A DNA stretch of 64,000 nucleotides from Omnitrophica bacterium RIFCSPLOWO2_12_FULL_50_11 (GTDB lineage Bacteria > Omnitrophota > Omnitrophia > Omnitrophales > Danuiimicrobiaceae), in contig MHFT01000024.1 of NCBI GenBank assembly GCA_001804315.1, positions 13,610 to 77,609 of the forward strand. Direction: 5' to 3'. Positions within the stretch are counted from its first letter, which is position 1. Every line of letters begins with the position of its first letter. Both the position numbers and the translations under genes were made by a program. Below the pieces are notes generated by a model. It worked only from the letters and a program-made list of their open reading frames with translations. It did not search any database and was not told the DNA's origin. Shown here piece by piece: positions 1 through 9,324 of the stretch.

Positions 1-402
1 ATTGTCCCGAAGTGTGTTGTTTAAAACCGAGGCCAAGAGGATGAGCCGGATCTTCCTTTGTTCCATTTGTTCCTGAGCCTGGAGGCGTCCGGACTTTAAG
101 GTTTCAATCTCACGTGCTTGCACTCTGAGCTGTTCCTCAAGGGCTTTCTTTTCAGCTTGAAGGGCTTGAATCTGATCCTTGAAGTACTGATGATTGCCAC
201 AGAGCGAGTCAAGCGCCCCGTCGATTCGGCGCATCAGTGTCGAGCGGGGAATGTGGTAGCGCTCCGTGATTTCTTGAAGGATGCCATGTTGATCGGGGAA
301 ATGGAAGTAGGTGGCAATCGCAGCCGCGTCGTTTTTTAAACGATCAAGGTCATTTCGATTTAACAGTTGACATCGTTCGGTCGATAAGTAAGTTGGAAAC
401 AA
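1..402 (-). CDS. Partial CDS running off the left edge; HTH-like plus coiled-coil N-terminus, possibly a transposase
   Basis: Not in the ORF track. TTG at 402 with an AAGGAGGTG RBS upstream, and the frame is open to position 1 (MFPTYLSTERCQLL...ITERYHIPRSTLMRRIDGAL...QIQALQAEKKALEEQLR). The RBS lies in an inverted repeat (about 402-420 / 449-468). Confidence 0.55.
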   Translation of the reverse strand, partial: MFPTYLSTERCQLLNRNDLDRLKNDAAAIATYFHFPDQHGILQEITERYHIPRSTLMRRIDGALDSLCGNHQYFKDQIQALQAEKKALEEQLRVQAREIETLKSGRLQAQEQMEQRKIRLILLASVLNNTLRDN

Positions 403-607
403 GGGAGCACCTCCTTGGTTTTTTACTTTCCAAGGTCATTATCGACCTGAACCGGGAGGTGCTTTCCTTCCTTCTCAAATTACCCACGAGCGACGCCCTT
501 TTAAAACCTACTTTTGTTACGATGCCTCTTTATCGACAAGGAATATGATATAACTTATTTATTTACAATATCTTACGTCATTATTCCCCCCATCTTGCTA
601 AACAGAC

Positions 608-636
608 TTGAAAAGAGCCTTTGATTGTGCTAGAAT
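608..636 (+). promoter_or_regulatory. sigma70-type promoter for 752-3859
   Basis: TTGAAA-N17-TAGAAT with extended TG; RBS AAGGAGG at 735-741. Confidence 0.6.
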
Positions 637-751
637 TTGTTTGTCCTCGAAAGAGGTATTTTTTTTACTCTCTCGACTTTAAATTTTTAAAAAAGTTTAT
701 AAACCTTCGATGAGTTTTTGTCCCAATGATTGAAAAGGAGGTTACCATAGA

Positions 752-3700
752 TTGACATCAGTATTAATTCAGCGAGCAGCCCTTATCACGGTTTCCTTTT
801 TCTTTACGAGCGGGCTAAATGTTTATCCGCAGCGGACTTCTCCGGCTGCTGAGACTGTAGCAGGCGTCAGCGGAGAGTCAAATCTCGCGCAGATCCAAAA
901 AGAGCTCGTACGACCCGGAACCCCTCTTGTTCGTCCGGATTTCAATCCCTATTTGATTACCGTCCCCGCGGAATACGGCAATATTGAAGAAGTCTACCAA
1001 GGCGCCCCGGACGCGCCTTTAATCGTTCACATCCAAAATGTCCACGCCAACTACAAAGCGCAGCTGAACATCAAAAATATCCTCGATCATTTAGTTGGGA
1101 AACACCAATTCTCACTCATCCAAATAGAAGGCGCAGTGGCCAAAGTAGATCCGGAAATTCTGAAACCTTCCTATTTGGAGGAAGCGAATTTGAAATTGGC
1201 TGATTTGTTGTTACGTGAGGGAAGGATCACCGGCGCCCACGCGTTTGCCATTGAAACGGACCGGCCTGTAGAGCTTTACGGGATTGAAGACTTCGGTCTT
1301 TACACCGAAAACTTGAAGATTTTTAAGGCGATTTACGCGCACCGTGAAGAGGTCAATGCTTACTTTTCCAATGCGCATCGTATGGTGAATCGGATTGGCC
1401 GGACATTGCTTACACCCGGAGCGCTCGACTTTACGAGGAAAAAAGAGTCGTTTTCGCGTGACGAAATCGGCCTACTCGATTATCTGGTGTATTTAAATCA
1501 AGTGGCCGAGAGAAGCGGACTCACTAAGCTCAGGGATTTAAAAGAAATGATCCGTTATCCAAATCTCGTTCGAATCTTACGGATTCACGAGCTTGAAGAG
1601 AGGCTGGACCGAACGGAACTAGAGAAGGAAGGAAAAAGGCTCAGAAGCGAATTTTCCAAAAAGCTTCCTCAAGCAGAAGCCGCACAGGAACTCCTTGGAC
1701 GCCTTGAGGCGCGGGAAAAAGGAGTGCGGCCGAGAGCATATTTCGTCGAGCTCACCAAACTTGCGGATCAAGCCGGAATCGATTTTGTCGGCTATCCTCA
1801 AATTCGACTCTTTGCCGAGTCTCTCATTTATCAGGATGAAATTGATCACCGCGGTGTTTTCCCCGAGCTCAAACGTTACGAAGCGGATCTCGAGAAAGCG
1901 CTTTTCAAAACCGAGGACGAGCAGGCGATTCTTGAAATCATTTCCTTTGTCAGTCTTCTCGAACAATTTTTCCGTCTCGAAATGAGCCGCGAGAAACTTG
2001 CGATCTATGTGCAGGATCGTGACAAGATGAAACCTTCTTGGATCCAAACGCGTTTGGCCGGGCTTGCGGAAGAGCAAAGCACTGCTTATACGCCGCTCGG
2101 AGCCGTTGAGCAATTGGATGCCTATATGAGTGAGCTCGAGGACTTTTATCGGCTTGTCTTGAAACGAGACGAATTTTTTATCGAAAAGATTCTCGCGAAA
2201 ATGAATGCGCTTGGCGAGAATAAGACCGTTGTCATTACCGGCGGGTTTCATAAGGATCCGCTCGTGGATGAATTTCGAAGGCAGGAAGTTTCCTATGTGG
2301 TGGTGAGTCCGGGCGTAGATATTACAGAGGGAAGCGAAAATTATGTGAAAGTGATGCTGGATGAAGACAGCGTCGCCGGTACTGTGTTTGCCGGCACCTT
2401 TGCGGTGGAAGTAGCAGATCTTGGCATCCCTGGACGAGAAGATGTGCTTTCAAACATCTTTGGTGCAGCGGATTTGCTTCAAGCTCACTTAGCTCCTACC
2501 GGCGTTCCCGAAGTTGAAATAACGAATAGGAGCAGAGAAAGATTTCGATCGCTGGTACAACGGTCGCGTGTTTGGTACGAACCTAGAAAAGTTGAGAGAA
2601 ACGATTATGCAGTCCGGGTGAGAGCCGAAGCGCGTTTCTTTAATGCAAAGGGCGAACCGATCCTACACGAAGTTGAAAGCAGGTTTGACAGAAGCGATCT
2701 TCGGTTTACGGTGCGGACCGTTCGCGAGAGAAAGATCTCGCCCGCAGAGCTGAGAAACATTGGAATTACTGAACCGCCAATGCCCGAGCCCATCCGCCGC
2801 GACGCCTTAACCGCCCTGAGCCGTGAAACTTTACGTGTTGATCGAGGAGTCCCTACAGCACAACGGAGTCAACTTACACCAGCGGAGCTTTCCACTTCTG
2901 AAAACTTCCCGGTCGGTACATTTGTATCTCCTAATGTGCCCGTTGTGCCGGAGGTGGAAGCGAGGTTGTTGGAACGCCTTTTTTCGCTAACGGCACTGGC
3001 AACGAAAGGGGTTGTTGACCAACTCCGAAGCGGCGGCGTATTGACGCTCGAAGGTGTGGAGCGTGCCAGTAGAGAAACCGGATTGGCTGGACCAATTACC
3101 CCAACCGATATTCAAAATATTGCTCAATTGAGCGAAGGAGAAAAGCGGCTTTTTATGGCTCTTGATGGTACCGCACCACAAGCGCCGCTCTTTTTGGTCC
3201 TCCCTGTGGATACGGTGAATCAATCGCACGCAAGCCGCGCGGCACTGCTGTCGCTTGTTGGAAGGATCCGGGCGAATGATCGCACGGCAGCGGCCGTTTA
3301 TGGAGTTAATGTTAAGAACTTTGCCTTGAGTTTGGGAATAAGTGCGGATGAGTTCGATAGAATTTTCTTTGTCGATCAAGACAAAGGTATTGAGCTTTCA
3401 ACTTTTGAAGGCGCTGTTGATCTCGTTGCGGCGCACGTCCAATCCAAACATGGCCTTTGGCTCAATCACTGGCTCGAGTCGGTGCCTGGAGCAACTCGGA
3501 TGTCAATCGATCAATTTATGAATCATCTGGCGATCTTGGTTCCAGCAGGCGAAATAGGAAATCGCTTGAGTGAAACAACTGCTCAAAGATGGCAAGAGGC
3601 TCTTCAGGTGATCGAGCTTGATCTTTCGGAGCCAGGGATTGTTCGCGATCAGGAACTCCAGCGAGCAGTCGGTGATTTTCTGGTTAAGGTGTTGGTGAAT

Positions 3701-3859
3701 CTTAGGAACGCGGAAGCCGTGGCCTTGCTTTATGAATTGAGCGAAGGCGCGATTAAGCAAGTAGCGCGCAACCTATGGCAGATTTCCGGCACTCCTACTG
3801 TGCTCAATCTCATCCTCAATCTTTACCGGGCTGAAGTCCAAATTCAAGCTGCGGCCTAA
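752..3859 (+). CDS. Large exported protein; N-terminal domain paralogous to that of the giant ORF (TraB/TIKI/EreA-like H-E-R-H motifs)
   Basis: 1035 aa with a hydrophobic N-terminus. Motifs IQNVHAN, QIEGA, YGIED, KRD and VITGGFH...SYVVVSP match the giant ORF (LQDAHSN, LVEGG, FGVED, ERD, LVTGGFH...PYVLISP). Ends QAAA. Confidence 0.8.
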   Translation: MTSVLIQRAALITVSFFFTSGLNVYPQRTSPAAETVAGVSGESNLAQIQKELVRPGTPLVRPDFNPYLITVPAEYGNIEEVYQGAPDAPLIVHIQNVHANYKAQLNIKNILDHLVGKHQFSLIQIEGAVAKVDPEILKPSYLEEANLKLADLLLREGRITGAHAFAIETDRPVELYGIEDFGLYTENLKIFKAIYAHREEVNAYFSNAHRMVNRIGRTLLTPGALDFTRKKESFSRDEIGLLDYLVYLNQVAERSGLTKLRDLKEMIRYPNLVRILRIHELEERLDRTELEKEGKRLRSEFSKKLPQAEAAQELLGRLEAREKGVRPRAYFVELTKLADQAGIDFVGYPQIRLFAESLIYQDEIDHRGVFPELKRYEADLEKALFKTEDEQAILEIISFVSLLEQFFRLEMSREKLAIYVQDRDKMKPSWIQTRLAGLAEEQSTAYTPLGAVEQLDAYMSELEDFYRLVLKRDEFFIEKILAKMNALGENKTVVITGGFHKDPLVDEFRRQEVSYVVVSPGVDITEGSENYVKVMLDEDSVAGTVFAGTFAVEVADLGIPGREDVLSNIFGAADLLQAHLAPTGVPEVEITNRSRERFRSLVQRSRVWYEPRKVERNDYAVRVRAEARFFNAKGEPILHEVESRFDRSDLRFTVRTVRERKISPAELRNIGITEPPMPEPIRRDALTALSRETLRVDRGVPTAQRSQLTPAELSTSENFPVGTFVSPNVPVVPEVEARLLERLFSLTALATKGVVDQLRSGGVLTLEGVERASRETGLAGPITPTDIQNIAQLSEGEKRLFMALDGTAPQAPLFLVLPVDTVNQSHASRAALLSLVGRIRANDRTAAAVYGVNVKNFALSLGISADEFDRIFFVDQDKGIELSTFEGAVDLVAAHVQSKHGLWLNHWLESVPGATRMSIDQFMNHLAILVPAGEIGNRLSETTAQRWQEALQVIELDLSEPGIVRDQELQRAVGDFLVKVLVNLRNAEAVALLYELSEGAIKQVARNLWQISGTPTVLNLILNLYRAEVQIQAAA

Positions 3860-4878
3860 GATTTGCGGCTTGCAAAAGGTAGGGATTCCACTTTGGCGGC
3901 GACGGTTTTCTCCTGCGTCTGGATTGCAACTTCACAACCGACATCCCAAAACCCTTTTTTGACGTAACCAAGCGCGATCACTTTTTGAAGCGCCGGCGAA
4001 AATGCGCCGCTTGTAACGGTGCCTGCCTCTTGGCCTTCCGTTAAAATTCGGTCGTTTTTTTGCGGGATCGTTTCACCGTCGATCACCAAACCGACCAATT
4101 TCTTACTTACCCCTCCCCTGGAATCGAGCCGCGCCAGGATTTCTTGCCCAGGAAAGCAGCCCTTTGTGAAACTCACGGTTTGGTTGAGCCGTGCTTCCAG
4201 CGGAATATGGGACTCATCAAAGTCAATTCCGTAGCGCGGGATTCCCGCTTCAATGCGAAGGGTTTCCAACGCTTCTGCTTGAATCGTGGCTAATCCGAAG
4301 GGCACTCCTTTTGACTCAATTTCCTCCCGGACTTTCCCCGCCTGATTTTTTGGAATTAAAAATGCGTATCCAATTTCAGCAATTATATTGATTCGGATCA
4401 CGACCGCCGTAACAGGGCCAATCGCGATGCTCTTGTGATCCAATAATTCTGCCGTCACATCTTGCGCGGCCTGTGCCGCGAACAGATCTCCCAACAAATC
4501 TTTTGCTCTCGGTCCGTGGACCGAAATTAACTTTAATGTATCCGAACGGTCCGTTAATATAACTTCTTCGGTAAAAATCAGTTGGGCCAAGTGTTCGAGG
4601 ACTTTGTCCTTGAGGACATAATCCATTGCAAGCCACAGGTGTTCGTCGAAACAGAGTACATTCATACTGGCAATGATTTTGGCTTGGGCAGTCAGGAAGC
4701 AAGATGGATTTCCTTTGCCGGGCTGAAGGCTTTTCACGTCGCTTGAGAGGATATTGTGCAGGAACTGAACGCGATCCCGACCCGAAACTTCAATCACGCC
4801 GCGGTTCGGATGGTCGAACAACACACAATTCTTCCTCGCCGCGAGGCATTGTTCGGAAATTTGGCGGGTTACTCGCAT
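3856..4878 (-). CDS. YgfZ/GcvT-family folate-binding protein
   Basis: GRDRVQFLHNILSSDV, LRIEAG and SFTKGCFPGQE (YgfZ KGC-x-x-GQE motif). Confidence 0.9.
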   Translation of the reverse strand: MRVTRQISEQCLAARKNCVLFDHPNRGVIEVSGRDRVQFLHNILSSDVKSLQPGKGNPSCFLTAQAKIIASMNVLCFDEHLWLAMDYVLKDKVLEHLAQLIFTEEVILTDRSDTLKLISVHGPRAKDLLGDLFAAQAAQDVTAELLDHKSIAIGPVTAVVIRINIIAEIGYAFLIPKNQAGKVREEIESKGVPFGLATIQAEALETLRIEAGIPRYGIDFDESHIPLEARLNQTVSFTKGCFPGQEILARLDSRGGVSKKLVGLVIDGETIPQKNDRILTEGQEAGTVTSGAFSPALQKVIALGYVKKGFWDVGCEVAIQTQEKTVAAKVESLPFASRKS

Positions 4879-5939
4879 TGTTGGTGCAATATCCTGCGAT
4901 GTGGCACAGGAAAAGAAAATTTGCGTATTTCGTCTCTGTCGGCCCAGCGGATGGACCGCGTTTTAAATTTGTGTAGCCCGCTCCCCTTTAGTTCGACTTG
5001 GAAAGGGTAAATTTGAGCGAGGCGGTGCGTGAAACGATGTTCGATCGCCGGCAATTTCTTTTTAATCCGCACAGTGATTCCGAGTGCTTCCTGGAATTCC
5101 TGGGCAAGTGCTCGCTCGACCGTTTGGCCATTCGCGCAAACGCTGCCGGGAATTTCCCAAAGGCCGCCCCAGATGCCGCGGTCAGGCCGTTTGCGGATGA
5201 GAAGTTGACCGTTTTGATCAAGAAGGCCGACGACCATACGGATCTTCTTGACCTTCGCAGCTTTTGATTTGAGAGGTAACCGCGAAGGATTTCCTTCTTT
5301 GTATCCTCTACAGAGCTTGCGCACAGGACAGATCGTACATTTTGGCATTTCCGGCAGGCAGACAAGCGAACCCAATTCCATAAGTGCCTGGTTAAATGTG
5401 CCCGGGTCTTTTTGGGGCACAAGTGCTTTGGCGAGTTCATAGAGCGTCTTCTGCGTTTGGGGCTTTGCGATATCCCTTCGGAGGTAAAAAATGCGTGAGA
5501 GGACGCGAGCAACGTTGCCGTCTACGAGGGGAACCGGTTTCTGGAACGCGATACTTGCAACCGCACCTGCCGTGTATTTGCCGATGCCCGGAAGACGCTC
5601 GAGGAGCTCCGGCGTATTTGGGATTTTTCCGCCAAAGCTGCGGACGATTATTTTCGCCGCGTGATGCAAATTCCGAGCGCGTGCGTAATAGCCCAAGCCT
5701 TCCCAAAGTTTGAGAACACGGTCAATCGGTGCACGTGCGAGCGCTTTGATATTTGGGAACGCTTTAATCCAACGCTGGTAATAGGGAATAACGGTTTTAA
5801 TTTGGGTTTGCTGGAGCATGACTTCCACGACGAGGATACGGTAAGGATTTCCGTCAACTCGCCACGGGAGGAGGCGCTTATGCTTCGAGAACCACGAAAG
5901 GAGGCGCTTGCGGAACCGGCCGACGTTGACCTTCGTCAT
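4869..5939 (-). CDS. mutY: A/G-specific adenine glycosylase
   Basis: EVMLQQT, WEGLGYYARARNL, HhH LPGIGKYTA, VDGNVARV, Fe-S cysteines C-x6-C-x2-C-x5-C, C-terminal NUDIX-like domain. Confidence 0.95.
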   Translation of the reverse strand: MTKVNVGRFRKRLLSWFSKHKRLLPWRVDGNPYRILVVEVMLQQTQIKTVIPYYQRWIKAFPNIKALARAPIDRVLKLWEGLGYYARARNLHHAAKIIVRSFGGKIPNTPELLERLPGIGKYTAGAVASIAFQKPVPLVDGNVARVLSRIFYLRRDIAKPQTQKTLYELAKALVPQKDPGTFNQALMELGSLVCLPEMPKCTICPVRKLCRGYKEGNPSRLPLKSKAAKVKKIRMVVGLLDQNGQLLIRKRPDRGIWGGLWEIPGSVCANGQTVERALAQEFQEALGITVRIKKKLPAIEHRFTHRLAQIYPFQVELKGSGLHKFKTRSIRWADRDEIRKFSFPVPHRRILHQQCE

Positions 5940-5976
5940 ACAGCCCATTATAATTCAAAGACTTGGGTTATTTCCA

Positions 5977-6534
5977 ATGCCAAAATTAGAAGACCTGAAA
6001 GCCGAGCTGCTCCCGTTAATCAAAAAGCACGCGCACATCAAACTTCCGGAGCCGATCAAACTTTCTTCTGGGAAGATGAGCGACCAATATTTTGACGGGC
6101 GCAAGATCACGCTTCATCCTCAAGGAATCACACTCTTTGCGCGCGCGATTTTAGAAATGATCAAGCCGGCCGATTTTGACGCGGTGGGCGGGCCGAGTCT
6201 CGGCGCGGATCCGATTGCGACAGCAGTTTCTATTTTTGCCTTCCTCGACCGGAAAATCAAACTTCCGGCGTTTCTCATCCGCAGCGTACAAAAACCATAC
6301 GGCCTGCAAAAACAAGTCGAGGGCGCGGAACTAAAGCCGGGCATGACGGTGCTCATCGTTGAGGACGTGATGACAACAGGCAAATCGATTCGAAGCGCGA
6401 TTGAAGTGGTGGAACAAACAGGTGCCAAAGTCGGTCAGATTATTTGTTTGATTGACCGCAATGAAGGCGGCAGGGAAGCGCTTGCATCGTACCAGTTAAG
6501 CCCATTATTTACAAAAGATGAGATTGGAGCGTGA
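5977..6534 (+). CDS. pyrE: Orotate phosphoribosyltransferase
   Basis: LSSGKMSDQYFD and PRPP motif VLIVEDVMTTGKS; start moved to ATG 5977. Confidence 0.9.
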   Translation: MPKLEDLKAELLPLIKKHAHIKLPEPIKLSSGKMSDQYFDGRKITLHPQGITLFARAILEMIKPADFDAVGGPSLGADPIATAVSIFAFLDRKIKLPAFLIRSVQKPYGLQKQVEGAELKPGMTVLIVEDVMTTGKSIRSAIEVVEQTGAKVGQIICLIDRNEGGREALASYQLSPLFTKDEIGA

Positions 6535-7025
6535 TGCAAGCAAGAACCGTCATTGCGAGGCAGCAATCCAAGCGATGCCGAAGCAATCTCGAAGTTGTGA
6601 GATTGCTTCGTCGGCGCTGCGCGCCTCCTCGCAATGACGGCGGCTTTTGTAAAGGCGTGTTGCTATGTTTCGTGTGCATGTTCGTTTTTCTGCCGAGCAA
6701 TTTCAGCGCTGCGGAGATGATTTACAAGCTGGACGGCCGTGTGACGAAAGTGGAAGAAGCGGAGCGAATACTCTATGTGGAGTTCAAGCACCCTGCTACG
6801 GAAGAAGTCACGGAGAAAAAGTTTAAGGTATCAGAGACGGCCGGTTTTAAACACATCAAAAAATTAAGCGATCTTAAGAAAGGTGATCTCGTCAGCGTTG
6901 ACTATTTGGATCACGGCGAAGAACTGGTCGCAATTTACATCGCTCACATCCCCCTGAAAGAAATTGCTGTCACGACGCCTGCGGAGGTTACGAAAACCTT
7001 ACTGAAATTGAGGGAATCAGAATAA
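6531..7025 (+). CDS. Hypothetical exported protein; the 5' part overlaps a REP element, so the true start is probably later
   Basis: Signal-like segment VLLCFVCMFVFLPSNFSAA, followed by a small beta-rich domain (LSDLKKGDLVSVDY). Confidence 0.55.
   Translation: MMQARTVIARQQSKRCRSNLEVVRLLRRRCAPPRNDGGFCKGVLLCFVCMFVFLPSNFSAAEMIYKLDGRVTKVEEAERILYVEFKHPATEEVTEKKFKVSETAGFKHIKKLSDLKKGDLVSVDYLDHGEELVAIYIAHIPLKEIAVTTPAEVTKTLLKLRESE
6549..6638. repeat. REP-like palindrome, family B (GTCATTGCGAG...GAAGCAATC / GATTGCTTC...CTCGCAATGAC)
   Basis: Same arms at about 32749-32941, 61389-61568 and 62629-62771; partial copies at about 11860-11896 and 55699-55709. Confidence 0.85.
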
Positions 7026-7046
7026 GCAAGGGGCAGTTTCTTTTTT

Positions 7047-7841
7047 TTACTCGACGATATTCTCGCCGCCGTCTACGCGGATCGTATTCCCGGTCATCCA
7101 AGCCGTGCGGCCATTTGAGAGTGCCGCAATCGCTTGGGCGACATCTTGAGGTGTTGTGGTACGACCGCTTGGGTTTTTCTTACTCGCGGCCTCAATCATA
7201 TATTCATTTCCGGGAATTTTCCGGAGGGCAGGTGTATCCGTCACGCCTGCCATAATGGCATTGGCCGTAATGCCAATCGGGGCGAGTTCTAAGGCAAGCT
7301 GGCGGATGTGAGATTCTAGCGAAGCCTTGGCAGCGGAGACAGCTCCATAGGTTTTCCAGACTCGGCTGCTGCCAGCGCTCGTCATCGCGTAAATTCTACT
7401 TCCAGCGGTCAACATTTTTTTCCGTACAAGACGTTGGACCCAATAAACAAGGCTGTGGGCCATGACGTCGACCGTCATATCCATCTGGGCCTTTGTAATC
7501 GCTTGGGTCGGCTCATCAGCGATGAACGGTTTGAGCGTCCCGAATGCCAGCGAATGAAGCAAGACAGCAATTTGCCCGGGCTGTTCCTCGAATTTCTTCT
7601 CGACCGCGCTTACCACCTCGTCTATTTTGGCTTCGTCTGAGGCGTTGACATTAAAAAAGATCGCTTCACGGCCTGCGTTCTTGATCTCGTTTACGATCTG
7701 CTCCACATTTGGGAGGGTAGCTCTTCGGTCGAGGTGGACGCCAAAAATGTTAAATCCTGTGCGCGCTAGCTCTATCGACGTAGCCCGCCCAAAGCCGCTC
7801 GAAGCTCCTAAAATGAGTGCCCATTTCTTGGATTCCGTCAT
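7047..7841 (-). CDS. SDR oxidoreductase, enoyl-ACP reductase (FabL/FabI-like)
   Basis: LILGASSGFG, YGAVSAAKASLE, ANAIMAGVTDTPAL, GNTIRVDGG. Confidence 0.85.
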   Translation of the reverse strand: MTESKKWALILGASSGFGRATSIELARTGFNIFGVHLDRRATLPNVEQIVNEIKNAGREAIFFNVNASDEAKIDEVVSAVEKKFEEQPGQIAVLLHSLAFGTLKPFIADEPTQAITKAQMDMTVDVMAHSLVYWVQRLVRKKMLTAGSRIYAMTSAGSSRVWKTYGAVSAAKASLESHIRQLALELAPIGITANAIMAGVTDTPALRKIPGNEYMIEAASKKNPSGRTTTPQDVAQAIAALSNGRTAWMTGNTIRVDGGENIVE

Positions 7842-7974
7842 GATGCCCCTCCTGTGTGTAGGTGCCATTATAATTGTGATGCGAAAAACCGCAATAGGAA
7901 AGAGATCTGGTACATACCACTTGACACGTTACGCCTTATCTTCTACTGTCTTGCGCGATGCCTAAGAATTATCT

Positions 7975-8100
7975 GAGGGGTCGGGGTGTTTTCCCGACCC
8001 CTCATCCCGAGCGAAGCGAGGGATCTCATCAATGAGATCCTTTCGGCCCTTCGGGCCTCAGGATGAGCCGTCTTTATCTGAAAAAACTCCCCGACGGCTC
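7975..8100. repeat. Composite palindromic repeat (family A REP core with GGTCGGGG/CCCGACC and CTCCCCGACGGCTC flanks)
   Basis: Similar copies at about 50560-50650 and 50750-50912. Confidence 0.75.
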
Positions 8101-8679
8101 AATTATCTGGTCCTGGATTTAGAGACGAAAAGAACGTTCGAAGAAGTTGGCCGGAACAACCTCCATAAGCTAGGGGTTTCCGTCGTCGGGGTTTATGACG
8201 ATTTAACCGGTGAATACAGGGCTTATGAGGAGGCCGAGATACCAGATCTTGAAGGCCGGTTGAAATCGGCGGAACTGGTCGTTGGTTTTAATATTCGGCG
8301 CTTTGACTTTCCGGTTTTAGCACCTTATCTTTTCTTATCTGTTGATGGCCTTCCCGTTTTGGATTTGATGCTCGAAATCGAAAAAGTGAGAGGCCATCGT
8401 GTCAGCCTTCATAGTGTTGCCCAGGCGACGCTGGGCGCTCCGAAAACAGGGCACGGAATAGAGGCGATTGAACTTTTTCGTGGGGGGCGCATGGAGGAGC
8501 TAAAGCGGTACTGCTTAAACGACGTGAAACTGACGAGAGAAATTTACGATTTCGGTTGCTCTGAAAACCGCGTGTTCTTCATTTCGAATCGTGATTGGAA
8601 GAAATATGAAATTCCAGTAAACTGGAAGGAACCAGAAACTGTAAAAAAAGGCGTTTCCTTTCCAACCAGTTTGTTCTAG
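8032..8679 (+). CDS. RNase H-like (YprB/RNase_H_2) exonuclease-domain protein; start uncertain because of repeat overlap
   Basis: DEDD-type motifs VLDLETK, GFNIRRFD and YCLNDVKLT. Confidence 0.8.
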   Translation: MRSFRPFGPQDEPSLSEKTPRRLNYLVLDLETKRTFEEVGRNNLHKLGVSVVGVYDDLTGEYRAYEEAEIPDLEGRLKSAELVVGFNIRRFDFPVLAPYLFLSVDGLPVLDLMLEIEKVRGHRVSLHSVAQATLGAPKTGHGIEAIELFRGGRMEELKRYCLNDVKLTREIYDFGCSENRVFFISNRDWKKYEIPVNWKEPETVKKGVSFPTSLF

Positions 8680-8736
8680 TCCCCCACCACTTTAAGGTTT
8701 GTCCCAAGGGACATTCCTTAAAGTGGTGGGGGACTA
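8677..8736. repeat. Inverted repeat family D (CCCCACCACTTT...AAAGTGGTGGGG)
   Basis: Near-perfect hairpin; copies at about 13709-13784 and 46634-46685. Confidence 0.8.
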
Positions 8737-8757
8737 GGTTTTGTTGGCTCAAACGCT

Positions 8758-9132
8758 ATGAATAGGCCTTGGTTATTGGTATTTGTAGAAGATCCCGACC
8801 TGCGCACTTTGATCGAAGAGATCGCGCAGGAAAAACAGCTCGACTTTCACTTTGCGGCACAGGGCGAGCAGCTGCTGCAGTCTGTGAAAACGCTCCGGCC
8901 GATGATGATGATCGCCGATCTTTCAGGCCTGAATACGGAATGGCTGTTTAAGCACATCGCCGAGATTGCGAACCTTCAACCCGACTTTCCAATAGTCGCT
9001 TTTCTTGCCTCAAGGGAAGAAGGGGCGAGATATCGCTTGGAGCATGCTGGGTGCAAAATGGTTCTTCACAAGTCGGAGGTTGAAAAAAAACTCCCAGAAG
9101 CCATTGAAAATGTCTTGAAGGGGCGCTTTTGA
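8758..9132 (+). CDS. Atypical single-domain receiver (CheY-like) protein
   Basis: LVFVED...MIADL...PIVAF receiver-like pattern, 124 aa. Confidence 0.6.
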   Translation: MNRPWLLVFVEDPDLRTLIEEIAQEKQLDFHFAAQGEQLLQSVKTLRPMMMIADLSGLNTEWLFKHIAEIANLQPDFPIVAFLASREEGARYRLEHAGCKMVLHKSEVEKKLPEAIENVLKGRF

Positions 9133-9137
9133 GAAAA

Positions 9138-9296
9138 AACAGAGTACGGAGAACAGAGTACAGAGAACAGAAAAAACATGTCAGCGACATGGCAGTTCGT
9201 AGAAAAAAGGGTCTTATTTTTTCCTCCCCCTATTCTTCCCCTCTACGCTCTTTCTCTGTCCTCTGACTTCTGTTCTCTGTTTTCCGTACTCTCTGC
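9138..9296. repeat. Heptamer-repeat inverted structure (CAGAGTA/CAGAGAA units versus TTCTCTG/TACTCTC units)
   Basis: Tandem 7-mers at 9140-9171 with complementary units at 9255-9296. Confidence 0.7.
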
Positions 9297-9324
9297 CGAC
9301 AGATTTTCGGCAAGGCTCGCAGCC

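Noticed and set aside
118-339. 73-aa plus-strand ORF
   Set aside because: Shadow of the minus-strand ORF 402->1, which has a strong RBS
9178-9324. 49-aa N-terminal extension of IscS
   Set aside because: Translation of heptamer-repeat DNA; the IscS-like sequence starts at ATG 9325
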